Shown piece after piece: positions 9,234 to 19,264 of a stretch of DNA of 64,000 nucleotides (its first letter is position 1; each line of letters begins with the position of its first letter). Source of the DNA: an uncultured Chloroflexota bacterium (lineage in GTDB: Bacteria; Chloroflexota; Limnocylindria; Limnocylindrales; Limnocylindraceae); contig CAIPEX010000009.1 of assembly GCA_903864185.1 (NCBI GenBank), positions 44,281 to 108,280 on the forward strand. The letters are read 5' to 3'. Both the position numbers and the translations under genes were made by a program. The notes beneath the pieces are model-generated. The model worked only from the letters and a program-made list of their open reading frames with translations. It ran no database searches and was not told the origin of the DNA.

Positions 9234-11632
9234 GTGCCGAGGCACGCCTCGCGCAGATCGTTCGCGTTGCCCTTGATCTGCCTGGGTCACCAGGCGAACG
9301 CCTCTACGACTACGCACTCCCTGATGGCCTGCACGTTGGGATCGGTGACGGCGTGGTCGTACCGTTTGGTGCACGCCGCGCCGTAGGGATCGTCGTTGCA
9401 TGCGACACAACGCCACCCGAAGGCATTCTGGTTAAACCGCTTGAGTCACGGATCGGCGAGAAGCCAATTCTCAGTCCGCGCGTGATGCAGCTTGCACAAG
9501 AGATTGCCGACTACTGGGCGGCACCACTAAGCATCACCCTGCGATCACTCTTGCCCCCCGGCCTACTCGACAAGGTGGAGCGCATGGTGCGCATCACTGC
9601 AGCCGCGAGTGCCGAGGGGCGCTCCGCAGCGAACCGCTTGGGAATCGGCGAGGAGTGGACACGTGTCGATCGCCTTGCTGGCGCACGTGGAACCTCGCGC
9701 CCGGCAATTCTCCGCCAGATCCGTGCGCTCACAGCGACGGGCGAGATCGAAGCCTCGTGGCATCTCGCAGCGACGGGTGCGCGCAGTGTGAGCGAAGAGT
9801 TCGTCACGCTCGCAAAAACGAGCAGCGACGAGTTGCCGCGCCTCGGCGCACGGCAGGCAGCTGCGTATGCAGCGCTCAAGACTGCTGCCGAGCAGGGGGG
9901 CGGAGGCATTCCTGCGCGAAGTCTTCCCGGCGGCCTCGCCACGGCGCGGCGCCTGGCAGAACTCGGGCTCGCAACGATTGACGTACGCCGACGCGAACGC
10001 GTTCACGCAGAGCGGCGCAGTGGTCGTGCAGATGTGGCGACCGCGATCATCGAGTGGAGCCCAGAACAGCGCGAGGTGATCGGCATCGCTGCGCAGCAGG
10101 GCGCCCACGTAACGCTCGTTGATGGGGCCCCTGGTTCCGGCAAGAGCCGAGCGGCCGTTGAGGCGGCCGCACGCGTCATTGCGACCGGTCGCTCAGTGCT
10201 CTGGCTTGTTCCCGAGACGTCGCATGCGAGCCTTGCACTCGACCTGCTTCAAGCCGCATCTGATGCGCCCATTGAGATTGTGCATTCCGGGATGAGCCAG
10301 GGTGGGCGACTCGATGCGTACGATCGTCTCGCTAAGTCAACCCCACACATTGTCGTTGGAACACGAATAGCAGTAGGGGCGATCAACGATGCAATCGGCC
10401 TTATCGTGATGGATGAGGAGCACGAGTCGGGCTACAAGTCGGATCGAACGCCACGGCTTCATGCACGTGAGGTTGCCTGTATGCTCGCGCGTCTCCATGC
10501 GGCACCGCTCATCCTGCTGAGCGCAACCCCCTCGATTGAGTCACTTGCACGAGCCGCCCGTGAAGGGTGGGGGAGGATCACCCTCTCGCCGCGCGCAGCA
10601 GCACCGAAGGTTGAGGTCGTGGACCTGCGCCAAGAGCTCGAAGACGGCTGGCGTGGAATGGTCAGTCGATCACTGCTGGCGCACCTCCGCGCACTTAACT
10701 GGAGCGCGGGCGCACAGGCACTACTGATCATCAACCGCCGTGGCCTCGCCTCGGCCTTGCTCTGTCGCGATTGCGGCGCCGCCCAGTCGTGTCCGTCATG
10801 TGAGCGGCCGCTCATCCTCCATAGCGCCGGATCACTCCTACGCTGCCACGGGTGTGGCCTTGTTGCGGAGCCGCTCACCCGGTGCCCTAGCTGCAACAGT
10901 GCACGGATCCGCCCGCTTGGTGGAGGCACCGAAAAACTCGAGGCGGAGATCCGTACCCTCTTCCCAGAGCAGTCTGTTGACCGACTTGATGCCGATGCTG
11001 CCGCCCCCATCGGTGCTGCAGATCGCATCCTTGACCGTTTTAGGTCGGGCGCAACACAGATCCTTATCGGCACAGCGCTCGCCGCAAAGTCGCTGAACCT
11101 GCCGAACCTCGCACTCGTTGGGATCGTGAGTGCAGACACTGGACTCCTCTTGCCCGACGAGCGCGCCGCAGAGCGTACGGTTGCCTTCATTGTTCAGGCG
11201 GTCGGGAGGCTCGGTCGCGGGAGTGGGGCAGGACACGCTGTCATCCAGAGCTACCGCCCCGAAGACCCCGCGATTCTCGCCGCTGTGCAGATCGCTCGTG
11301 GCGGATCTGTTGCTGCCTGGCGCGAGATAGAGGTGTTGCGTCGCCAGCAGGCTGGCGGCGCACCCTTCCTTCGCACGGCAAAACTTACTGCCACTGCAAC
11401 GACGGCAACAGGGGCACGCCGCGCTGCAGAGGCGCTCCACGCGTCAGTGAGCGAGCGTACCGCTGGGGATGCGACGGTGCGGCTCTATGGCCCAGTACCG
11501 GCATGGATTCCACGGCGCGCTGGACGGTGGCGCGAGCAGGTCATCTTGCGCTGTGCCGACCCGCTCCCGATCGTCAACTCGCTCACCTCGCGTGATGTGA
11601 GCATCGACCTCGATCCGGAGACCCTCCTCTAG
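9230..11632 (+). CDS. priA: primosomal protein N' (replication restart helicase PriA)
   Basis: 800 aa. Walker A DGAPGSGKS, DEEH box and the PriA Cys-rich Zn region (CRDCGAAQSCPSCERPL...CHGCGL...CPSCNS). Confidence 0.9.
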   Translation: MSAEARLAQIVRVALDLPGSPGERLYDYALPDGLHVGIGDGVVVPFGARRAVGIVVACDTTPPEGILVKPLESRIGEKPILSPRVMQLAQEIADYWAAPLSITLRSLLPPGLLDKVERMVRITAAASAEGRSAANRLGIGEEWTRVDRLAGARGTSRPAILRQIRALTATGEIEASWHLAATGARSVSEEFVTLAKTSSDELPRLGARQAAAYAALKTAAEQGGGGIPARSLPGGLATARRLAELGLATIDVRRRERVHAERRSGRADVATAIIEWSPEQREVIGIAAQQGAHVTLVDGAPGSGKSRAAVEAAARVIATGRSVLWLVPETSHASLALDLLQAASDAPIEIVHSGMSQGGRLDAYDRLAKSTPHIVVGTRIAVGAINDAIGLIVMDEEHESGYKSDRTPRLHAREVACMLARLHAAPLILLSATPSIESLARAAREGWGRITLSPRAAAPKVEVVDLRQELEDGWRGMVSRSLLAHLRALNWSAGAQALLIINRRGLASALLCRDCGAAQSCPSCERPLILHSAGSLLRCHGCGLVAEPLTRCPSCNSARIRPLGGGTEKLEAEIRTLFPEQSVDRLDADAAAPIGAADRILDRFRSGATQILIGTALAAKSLNLPNLALVGIVSADTGLLLPDERAAERTVAFIVQAVGRLGRGSGAGHAVIQSYRPEDPAILAAVQIARGGSVAAWREIEVLRRQQAGGAPFLRTAKLTATATTATGARRAAEALHASVSERTAGDATVRLYGPVPAWIPRRAGRWREQVILRCADPLPIVNSLTSRDVSIDLDPETLL

Positions 11633-11663
11633 AAGTTCTCGATCGGCTTGCTAGAATCCAGAC

Positions 11664-12221
11664 ATGAGTGTTCGCCCGATCCTCCTTCTTGGTGACCCGC
11701 GCCTGCGCCTTGCTGGCGCACAGGTGGATGCCTTCGACAAGCAACTCGCCGAACTCATTGACGACCTCGTGCACACCATGCGTGCCGCACCAGGGGCCGG
11801 GCTTGCCGCGCCACAGCTCGGCGAAGCGCAAAATGTCGCCGTCGTTGAGGCACACGGACGCATCTATGAACTGGTGAACCCCCGCATTGTTCGCGAGAAT
11901 GGCGATCAGCGCGATTATGAGGGCTGCCTCTCAATCCCTGGGTATGTCGCAGAGGTGACGCGGCGCGAGAAGGTCTGGGTGGAGGCGCAGGATCGCCGCG
12001 GGAGACTCTATAAGTTCAGCGAAGAGGGGTTCCTTGCTCGTGCCGTCCAGCACGAACTCGATCACCTCAAGGGGAAGCTCTACATCGACTACCTCGACTC
12101 GCTTGACGACCTCCTCCCCGTCGTTGATGGCGAAGACGAAGATCCAGAAGATCCCGCCAATTCCCCAAAGCGTGCCGCACGAGAGCGTCGTGCCAAAGCT
12201 GCGCGAGCCCACAGTCACTAA
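11664..12221 (+). CDS. def: peptide deformylase
   Basis: Motifs GLAAPQLG, EGCLSIPG and QHELDHLKG. Confidence 0.92.
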   Translation: MSVRPILLLGDPRLRLAGAQVDAFDKQLAELIDDLVHTMRAAPGAGLAAPQLGEAQNVAVVEAHGRIYELVNPRIVRENGDQRDYEGCLSIPGYVAEVTRREKVWVEAQDRRGRLYKFSEEGFLARAVQHELDHLKGKLYIDYLDSLDDLLPVVDGEDEDPEDPANSPKRAARERRAKAARAHSH

Positions 12222-13167
12222 GCATCGCCTGATCCTGATCGGGAGCGGCGCGTTCGGCGTGCCATCATTCGCTGCGGTCGCTGCCGACCCCCGCTTTGAC
12301 GTGCTGGCAGTCATTACACCCCCTGCGCGCGCCTCTGGCCGCGCGAAGGAGCTCACGCCAACGCCAGTGGCGCACTGGGCAGCGGCTACAGGGCTCCGCG
12401 TCATTGAGATTGCGCGCATCCGAAACCCCGATTCGATTGCGCAGGTCTTGGAACTTCAGGCAGATGCCGCCTTCCTCGTTGATTTTGGCCAGATCATCCC
12501 TCGCGGTCTACTGAGCGGCCTGAAGCACGGCGTCGTAAACCTTCACCCCTCGCTGTTGCCGCGACACCGCGGCGCGAGTCCAGTCCCAGCATCCATCGTT
12601 GCGGGTGATGCGGTGACGGGCGTAACGACGATGCTCATGGATGAGGGGGTTGACACTGGCCCGACGCTCCACGTTGTCACAGCACCGATCGACGAAACCG
12701 ATACCGCCGTGACGCTTGAGGCACGTCTTGCAGCGCTGGCGGCAGAGGGGGTTCCGGACACACTGGCTGGCTGGCTCCAGGGGACGATTCCGGCTGTTGC
12801 GCAATTGAATGAGGGTGCAACGACAACCGGCCTGCTTGACCGAGATGCGGGGCGCATTAGCGCCACGGTATCGGCCGTTGATGCCTATCGCCGCTGGCGT
12901 GCGTATCAACCGTGGCCAGGCGTCTGGGTGGAGGGGGTTGGGATTGATGGCCGTCTCATCCTTGCCGAGGTTGGCGTACCCGTTCCGCATCAGGGTGACG
13001 AGCATGGTGCAGTGGTACTCGTCGATGACCTACTGCTGCTCGTGCTCGCTGATGGGGCGCTCCCGCTTCTGCACGTGAAGCCTGCAGGAGGTCGAGAGAT
13101 GAGCGGCGGTGCATATGCACGTGGGAGAAGCGAGATCCTGAGTGGGCGTGCGAGAATCACGCCATGA
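12190..13167 (+). CDS. fmt: methionyl-tRNA formyltransferase
   Basis: Fmt N-terminal fold (LILIGSGAFGVPSF..., VNLHPSLLPRHRGASP) and C-terminal domain. The track ORF opens at TTG 12034 inside def. I chose the in-frame GTG at 12190 just before the conserved core, overlapping the def 3' end by about 30 nt. The start is uncertain. Confidence 0.8.
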   Translation: MPKLREPTVTKHRLILIGSGAFGVPSFAAVAADPRFDVLAVITPPARASGRAKELTPTPVAHWAAATGLRVIEIARIRNPDSIAQVLELQADAAFLVDFGQIIPRGLLSGLKHGVVNLHPSLLPRHRGASPVPASIVAGDAVTGVTTMLMDEGVDTGPTLHVVTAPIDETDTAVTLEARLAALAAEGVPDTLAGWLQGTIPAVAQLNEGATTTGLLDRDAGRISATVSAVDAYRRWRAYQPWPGVWVEGVGIDGRLILAEVGVPVPHQGDEHGAVVLVDDLLLLVLADGALPLLHVKPAGGREMSGGAYARGRSEILSGRARITP

Positions 13168-14372
13168 TGAATACCCCGCGCACGCTTCCTGCGTTGACCG
13201 ATCTCGACCCCGCTGCATTGAGCGCACGCATCGCGAGCCTTGGGCTCCCTGCATTCCGTGCAGCACAGGCACTTGACGCCGCCTGGCGCTCACCAGCAAA
13301 AAACTGGAGTGAGGTCACCACCTTGAGCCAAGAGGTGCAACAGCAACTCGCTGCGGAGTTTGAGTTTGACTCCGCCACCGAGACCGTCCGCCAAGAGGCA
13401 GAAGATGGCGCAACGACAAAGCTCCTCCTTACGCTCCGCGACGGTCAGAAGATCGAAGCGGTCCTGATGCGATATCCCGCGGACCGCCGCAAGGGGACTG
13501 GGCCACGCGCAACGATCTGTGTCTCTAGCCAGGCTGGATGTGCGGTTGGCTGCCCATTTTGCGCCACCGGTGAGCTGGGGTTTGGCAGGAACCTCACGTC
13601 GGGTGAGATCCAGGACCAGGTTCGTGCGGCTCGTCGCATCCTGCGCGCAGAAGACCGCGAACTTACGAACGTTGTCTTTATGGGCATGGGTGAACCGCTG
13701 CAGAACATTGATGCGGTCTTAGACGCAGTGACTGGCCTCACCGACCCCAAGCGCGGTGCGATCGGGCAGCGTCGCATTGTGATCTCCACGAGCGGTGTCG
13801 TGCCTGGTATCGCTCGACTTGCAAAGGAGCGACCGCAAGTGACTCTAGCCGTCTCACTTCATGCAGCGCGGAATCCGCTTCGCGATCTCCTCGTACCCCT
13901 CAATCGAAAGTGGCCCGTGGAACAGGTCATTGCTGCTGCGGCTGCGCATGCGCGGAGCACTGGTCGGCGCACCACATTTGAGGTAACGATGATTGACGGA
14001 ATCAATGACCGCCCCGAGGATGCACAGGCACTCGTCTCCGTGTTGCGCGGGAGCAGCGCCCACGTCAACCTCATCCCGATGAACGCGGTTGCACATACGC
14101 CGTGGCATGAATCGACCCCTGTGCGGATTGAGCAGATTGCTGCAGAGCTGCGCGCAAGTGGGCTCTCCGTCACCGTGCGCCGCAATCGTGGCCGGGAGGC
14201 CGGCGCCGCCTGCGGTCAACTTGCTGCCGAGCGTGCCGGTACACCACCTCCAGCAGCTGTCGCTCGGCGCCGTGAACAGCTTGTTCAGGCGAGCGCAGCG
14301 GCACTGCAGGGGCGACGCACGACAACGCCAATTGCCGCTTCGGGACCGCTCCTGCCGGAGAGCGCCACATGA
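13164..14372 (+). CDS. rlmN: 23S rRNA m2A2503 / tRNA methyltransferase RlmN (radical SAM)
   Basis: Radical-SAM CAVGCPFCATG motif and RlmN/Cfr family layout. 4-nt overlap with fmt. Confidence 0.88.
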   Translation: MMNTPRTLPALTDLDPAALSARIASLGLPAFRAAQALDAAWRSPAKNWSEVTTLSQEVQQQLAAEFEFDSATETVRQEAEDGATTKLLLTLRDGQKIEAVLMRYPADRRKGTGPRATICVSSQAGCAVGCPFCATGELGFGRNLTSGEIQDQVRAARRILRAEDRELTNVVFMGMGEPLQNIDAVLDAVTGLTDPKRGAIGQRRIVISTSGVVPGIARLAKERPQVTLAVSLHAARNPLRDLLVPLNRKWPVEQVIAAAAAHARSTGRRTTFEVTMIDGINDRPEDAQALVSVLRGSSAHVNLIPMNAVAHTPWHESTPVRIEQIAAELRASGLSVTVRRNRGREAGAACGQLAAERAGTPPPAAVARRREQLVQASAAALQGRRTTTPIAASGPLLPESAT

Positions 14373-15040
14373 CCGCGAAGATCCAGATCGCTGCAAGCAT
14401 CCTGAATGCCGACCTTGGCGCGCTGCGCGAGGCGGTGCAACGTGCGGAGGCGGCGGGCGTCGATCGTATTCATCTCGACATCATGGACGGCAGGTTTGTT
14501 CCCAACATCACGTTTGGCCTTGCAACCGTTGCCTCGCTACGCTCCGCGACCACGCTCCCATTCGATGCGCACCTGATGGTTGCAGAGCCCTCCTACTGGG
14601 CAGCACGATTCGCCGCAGCAGGTTGCGAGACCGTTGCGATTCATGTCGAAGCGCCAGAGGCACATGCCGCAACGCTGCAGGCGATTCGGAGCGCTGGCGC
14701 AGAGGCGGGCCTTGCCATCGATCCTGGGACACCAGCGAGCGCCCTTGAACCCTATGTCGCACAACTCGACTTCGGGCTTGTCATGAGCGTGAAGTCGGGA
14801 TTCGGCGGCCAGCTGTATCAGCCCGAAGCTGCCGCCCGGTGCGGCGAGTTGCGCAAGCTGCTCGGCCCCGCAGCGCCGATACATTTGGACGGCGGCGTCA
14901 AGGTGCAGGTGGCTGGAGACGCGGCGCGTGCAGGTGCCACCGTGCTGATCGCAGGTACAGCGCTGTTTGGAGCGCCGTCAATGGAGGAGGCGGTACGCGA
15001 GTTGCGTGCTGCCGCAGCCGCGGCGCTCGGGGGGAGTTAG
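14369..15040 (+). CDS. rpe: ribulose-phosphate 3-epimerase
   Basis: Motifs HLDIMDGRFVPNITFG and HLMV. 223 aa. Confidence 0.9.
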   Translation: MTAKIQIAASILNADLGALREAVQRAEAAGVDRIHLDIMDGRFVPNITFGLATVASLRSATTLPFDAHLMVAEPSYWAARFAAAGCETVAIHVEAPEAHAATLQAIRSAGAEAGLAIDPGTPASALEPYVAQLDFGLVMSVKSGFGGQLYQPEAAARCGELRKLLGPAAPIHLDGGVKVQVAGDAARAGATVLIAGTALFGAPSMEEAVRELRAAAAAALGGS

Positions 15041-15231
15041 GCGCTCTTCGCCGCAGTGCGTCGGCAGCCCGTGCAGACCAGCACCTTCTTGGTGGTGCCG
15101 CCAACAGCGATCATCGTTGGCTGCAGGTTGGCCTTGAATCGACGATGGGCGCGGACGCGGTTGGCGCCAACGGACTGGGGGTTGAACCCCGAGATCGAAT
15201 CCTTACCGCAGAGGACACAGAATCGAGCCAT
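15037..15231 (-). CDS. rpmB: 50S ribosomal protein L28 (Zn-ribbon C+ form)
   Basis: MARFCVLCGKDSISGFNPQSVGANRVRAHRRFKANLQ...VCTGCRR matches L28 with CxxC...CxxC. A Shine-Dalgarno sequence (GGAGAG) lies upstream. The track ORF runs to 15333, but the conserved start is at 15231. Its stop overlaps the rpe stop (convergent). Confidence 0.85.
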   Translation of the reverse strand: MARFCVLCGKDSISGFNPQSVGANRVRAHRRFKANLQPTMIAVGGTTKKVLVCTGCRRTAAKSA

Positions 15232-15345
15232 TTTTTCTCTCCTACTTACGCTGGGGGCGCACCCGCGCGGGACGCCATTGCAGTCGTGCCGTATCGTAGC
15301 AGGAAGCGTGGGGTCGGCTCGAGACCCCGCCAAGGGAGGTCGTTG

Positions 15346-15390
15346 ATGCTCATAGTTGCGCGGCTATCGCTGCCCTGGACGGTCCTGTGA
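15346..15390 (+). other. putative 14-codon upstream ORF (MLIVARLSLPWTVL) translationally coupled to yloV
   Basis: Strong Shine-Dalgarno sequence AAGGGAGG (15332..15339) sits 6 nt before the ATG at 15346. Its TGA stop (15388..15390) overlaps the GTG start of yloV (15387..15389) as GTGA. Confidence 0.25.
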
Positions 15391-17096
15391 GCCGACGTAG
15401 CTGGGACGGCGTCGAGCTGATGGCCGCCCTCCGGTCTGGCGCAGCCCGGCTGGAAGAGCGGGTCGACGACATCAACGCGCTCAACGTCTTCCCTGTTCCA
15501 GACGGGGACACGGGGACGAACATGCTCGCCACGCTGCGCGCCGCAATTGCCGAGGGAGATGCGACGCTTGCTAGCGGCATCACCTCGATTGATGAGGTGA
15601 GCGCTGCTGTCGCTCGCGGTGCACTACTCGGCGCCCGAGGAAACTCCGGCGTCCTCCTCTCGCAGATCCTCCGCGGACTCCCCCAGGCTGTTCGTGGCCG
15701 CAAGCGTGCCCGCGCGTCCGAGATCGCCAGTGCCCTCTCAATCGGCGCCCTTCACGCCTACGCCGCAGTCGCTGTGCCCACTGAAGGCACGATCCTCACC
15801 GTTGCTCGTGAAGCGGCATCTGCGGCGATGCAAGACGCGGAGAGCGGACCAGAGCTCCGCCCATTCCTTGAGCGAGTCGCTGGCATTGCTCGTACCTCCG
15901 TTGAAAAAACCCCAAACCTTCTCGCAGTCTTGCGCGAAGCCGGTGTCGTCGACTCTGGTGGTGCCGGACTCCAACTCATCCTTGAGGGGATTGCGAATGT
16001 GCCCTCCGTGACGCCGTCGCCAGGCGGCGATGAGACAACACCGGCCTCAAGTGCCACTGCGCCCATTCTCAGTGCTCCTGTCCCGCATCGCGCGGATGGT
16101 GAGAGCGGCGCCTTTGGCTACGAGACGGTCTTCATCCTCAGCGCAACAACGACACCACTTGACCTTGGCGCGATCCGAACCGGACTCGAGGCGCTCGGCG
16201 AAAGCGTTCTCGTTGCAGGGGATGGGCAGATCTGCAAGGTGCATGTCCATAACCAACGCCCAGATCTTGTCCTTGCATACGGTATTGAGCGCGGCAATGT
16301 GCGCGCAGTAACGATTGAGAATCTCGATCAGCAGAGTAGCGAACGCGCCACTGGGCATGAGGCGTTTGCTGCGCTCGCGGCGAGCAGAACTTCCGCAGGG
16401 GTTGGCGCAGAGCGCAGCGCACAAGCGAGCGCGCCAAGCCTCCAAAAGAAGACGGCGATTGTGGCGGTTGCCGCCGGGGATGGGCTCGGCGTGATCATGC
16501 GTGGCCTTGGCGCACAGGGGATTGTGCATGGTGGGCAGACGGAGAATCCTTCGACGGCAGATATTGCCGCAGCCATCGACGCAACGGCATGTTCTGCCGT
16601 GGTTGTACTTCCGAACAACAGCAACATTGTCCTTGCAGCGCGCCAGGCAGCCGAAATCTGTGCTGCCGATGTGGTCATTGTGCCAACACGCAATGCAGCA
16701 GAGGGGATTGCCACGCTCCTCGCATGGGACCCTGGCCTTCCACTTGCCGATCTCGTGGCGCGAATGGAGTCTGCTCGAACAGCTGCACGTACCTTCCGCA
16801 TCGTTGAGGCGGTCCGAGACGCAGTGGTCGGCGGCGTCAATGTTCGGGCGGGGGAGATGATGGCCCTCAACCCAATTGACGGCATCATCGCAACGGGCGC
16901 AACAGATACTGAAGCGCTGAGTCGCGCACTTGCGCAGCAACCAGCAGAACTCATCACGCTCTACGTCGGGGCCGACCTAGACAGCAGCGCGACGGATCTT
17001 CTCGTCGCGGCGGCTCGGGCGGCAGCACCGGCAGCCGAGATTGATCTGCAGCACGGCGGTCAACCGATTGAGCGGGTGCTTGTAGGCCTGGAGTGA
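15387..17096 (+). CDS. DAK2 domain fusion protein YloV (DhaL-like + DegV-like)
   Basis: N-terminus ...INALNVFPVPDGDTGTNM is the DAK2/DhaL signature. 569 aa. Sits in the conserved position between rpmB (divergent) and recG. GTG start. Confidence 0.85.
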   Translation: MSRRSWDGVELMAALRSGAARLEERVDDINALNVFPVPDGDTGTNMLATLRAAIAEGDATLASGITSIDEVSAAVARGALLGARGNSGVLLSQILRGLPQAVRGRKRARASEIASALSIGALHAYAAVAVPTEGTILTVAREAASAAMQDAESGPELRPFLERVAGIARTSVEKTPNLLAVLREAGVVDSGGAGLQLILEGIANVPSVTPSPGGDETTPASSATAPILSAPVPHRADGESGAFGYETVFILSATTTPLDLGAIRTGLEALGESVLVAGDGQICKVHVHNQRPDLVLAYGIERGNVRAVTIENLDQQSSERATGHEAFAALAASRTSAGVGAERSAQASAPSLQKKTAIVAVAAGDGLGVIMRGLGAQGIVHGGQTENPSTADIAAAIDATACSAVVVLPNNSNIVLAARQAAEICAADVVIVPTRNAAEGIATLLAWDPGLPLADLVARMESARTAARTFRIVEAVRDAVVGGVNVRAGEMMALNPIDGIIATGATDTEALSRALAQQPAELITLYVGADLDSSATDLLVAAARAAAPAAEIDLQHGGQPIERVLVGLE

Positions 17097-19264
17097 CAGC
17101 ACAGCCCTGGGCGGTCCCGCTCAAGGGGCTTGCCCTACCTGGCGGACCGAGTCTCCTCCGCGGACTCGCGCGCCTTGGCATCACCACCGCAGCCGACCTG
17201 CTCCTCTATGTTCCGCGCCGCTACGAGGATCGCCGTGAGATCACCCCGATCGGGGAGTTGCACGGCGGAGTGCCAGGGACGATTCGTGCCCGCGTTGCGG
17301 ATCTTCGGATTGAGAAGACCTGGCGTCGTGGCGTTCAGCGAACGATCGCAACGCTCGTCGACGAGAGCGGTGCAATCGATGCGATTTGGTATGGGCGACG
17401 CTTCATTGAACGCCGCTTGCACGTAGGGCAGCAGGTCGTTGCCTCAGGACGCGTCAAGGCACAGGGGTGGACGCTCACACTTGAGGCTCCAGAGTTCTCA
17501 CCGGACGAGGGCGACGCACAGGTCGGGGCTGGTCGCATTGTGCCGATCTACCGACTCACGACTGGCATCACTGCGCCAACGCTTCGGCGTGCAATCCGCG
17601 CCCTCCTTGACACCCATGGCGCAACACTGAGTGATCCACTCCCGCACGAGATTCGTGACGCGCATCACCTGATGGGGCTTCGTGAAGCTATCGAGTGCTT
17701 GCACTGGCCAGAGGAGTTTGAGCGCCGTGATGCGGCACTGCGTCGCCTCGCCTTCGACGAGTTGCTCGCCGTGCAGTGTGCACTTGTCCGTCGACGCCGT
17801 CGCATGACGCGCGGAACCTCCCCCTTGCTGAAGACGAGCGCGGCGCTGCGTGCTGCAATTGAAGAGGGCGTCCGTGCGGGAATCGGCGGGAACGTGGTCG
17901 GCGCTACCCCGGAGTGGACGAGCGACCAGGCGGCGGCGATCGAGGCGATTTGCACGGCCATCGCCCAGCCCGAGCCGATGATGCGGCTCCTCCAAGGCGA
18001 CGTCGGGACAGGAAAGACAGCAGTGGCTTTTGTCGCAGCAGCTGTGGCGGCACGCGCGGGGTATCAAACCGCCCTGCTTGCTCCAACGGAGCTGCTTGCA
18101 CGGCAGCACGCAGCAACTGCAGCCCGCCTCCTTACCCCCTTGGGCGTGCTGAGTGTGCTGCGCGTGGGGAGTCAGACCACCGAAGAGCGACGGACTGCAC
18201 AGCAGCAGATCGCCGACGGTAGTGCCGCACTGGTCATCGGGACGCACGCCCTCTTCACCGAGGCAACGGAGTTTTCCCGGCTTGGCCTTGTGGTCGTCGA
18301 TGAACAGCATCGGTTCGGCGTTGAGGAGCGATCGCGCCTCCTGGCGAAGGGTGATGGCGAGCCGCACCTCTTACTGATGACCGCAACCCCGATTCCTCGG
18401 ACGATTGCGCAACTCCTCTATGCAGACATGGATGTCTCAGAGTTGCGATCGCTCCCTGCTGGCAGGAAAGAGATTCGAACAGCGATCCGCACGAGCAGCG
18501 AGCTCGATCGGCTCTGGGAGTTTGTTCAGAGCGAGGCGAGTGCTGGCCGACAAACCTTCGTCGTTGTGCCAAGGATCAGTGCCGACCCACTGGGCGAGGA
18601 GCCGAGCTGGTATGAGTCACCAGAGCTCGATGCCGCAGCAGCGAAAGGGATCGAAGAGGAGGCAGATCGAATTCGCCTTCGGCTGCCAGGCCTCCGTGTA
18701 GGAGTTGTGCATGGTGCGCAGCCCGCCACCGTGCGCACAAGCACGATGGCAGAGTTTGCTCGCGGCGCACTCGACCTCCTGGTTGGAACGACGGTTATCG
18801 AGGTCGGCGTTGATGTTCCGCAAGCAAGCACCATGATTGTGCTTACTGCTGACCGCTTCGGCCTAGCGACACTGCACCAACTTCGCGGCCGGGTAGGGCG
18901 CGGTGGTCATGAAGGTTGGTGCGTGCTTGTCAGCGACAGCGACGATGAGGTGGCACAAGCGCGCCTCCGTGCAATCGCAGAGACGCGCGACGGCTTCGTC
19001 CTTGCCGAGCGCGACATGGAGCTGCGTGGAGAGGGGAGTGTCCTCGGAACAGCGCAGAGCGGCCTCCCGCCACTGCGCGTTGCCAATCTTGGGCGAGCCG
19101 ACGACCGAGTGCTGGCAGTGGAGGCTCGCCGCGTTGCGGAGGAACTTCTGAGCGACCAGGGTGATCCGCTCCCTTCCGCCACAGAACTTCTTGCTGGGTA
19201 TGCTGCGGGCTGGCCGGTCGGCTCCGCGCTCGCCGGAGGGGCGAGTACGCCAGCACCTGCATGA
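17093..19264 (+). CDS. recG: ATP-dependent DNA helicase RecG
   Basis: Wedge domain, Walker A LQGDVGTGKT, DEQH box (VVVDEQHRFG) and helicase C-terminal motifs (QLRGRVGRG). Confidence 0.92.
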   Translation: MTAQPWAVPLKGLALPGGPSLLRGLARLGITTAADLLLYVPRRYEDRREITPIGELHGGVPGTIRARVADLRIEKTWRRGVQRTIATLVDESGAIDAIWYGRRFIERRLHVGQQVVASGRVKAQGWTLTLEAPEFSPDEGDAQVGAGRIVPIYRLTTGITAPTLRRAIRALLDTHGATLSDPLPHEIRDAHHLMGLREAIECLHWPEEFERRDAALRRLAFDELLAVQCALVRRRRRMTRGTSPLLKTSAALRAAIEEGVRAGIGGNVVGATPEWTSDQAAAIEAICTAIAQPEPMMRLLQGDVGTGKTAVAFVAAAVAARAGYQTALLAPTELLARQHAATAARLLTPLGVLSVLRVGSQTTEERRTAQQQIADGSAALVIGTHALFTEATEFSRLGLVVVDEQHRFGVEERSRLLAKGDGEPHLLLMTATPIPRTIAQLLYADMDVSELRSLPAGRKEIRTAIRTSSELDRLWEFVQSEASAGRQTFVVVPRISADPLGEEPSWYESPELDAAAAKGIEEEADRIRLRLPGLRVGVVHGAQPATVRTSTMAEFARGALDLLVGTTVIEVGVDVPQASTMIVLTADRFGLATLHQLRGRVGRGGHEGWCVLVSDSDDEVAQARLRAIAETRDGFVLAERDMELRGEGSVLGTAQSGLPPLRVANLGRADDRVLAVEARRVAEELLSDQGDPLPSATELLAGYAAGWPVGSALAGGASTPAPA

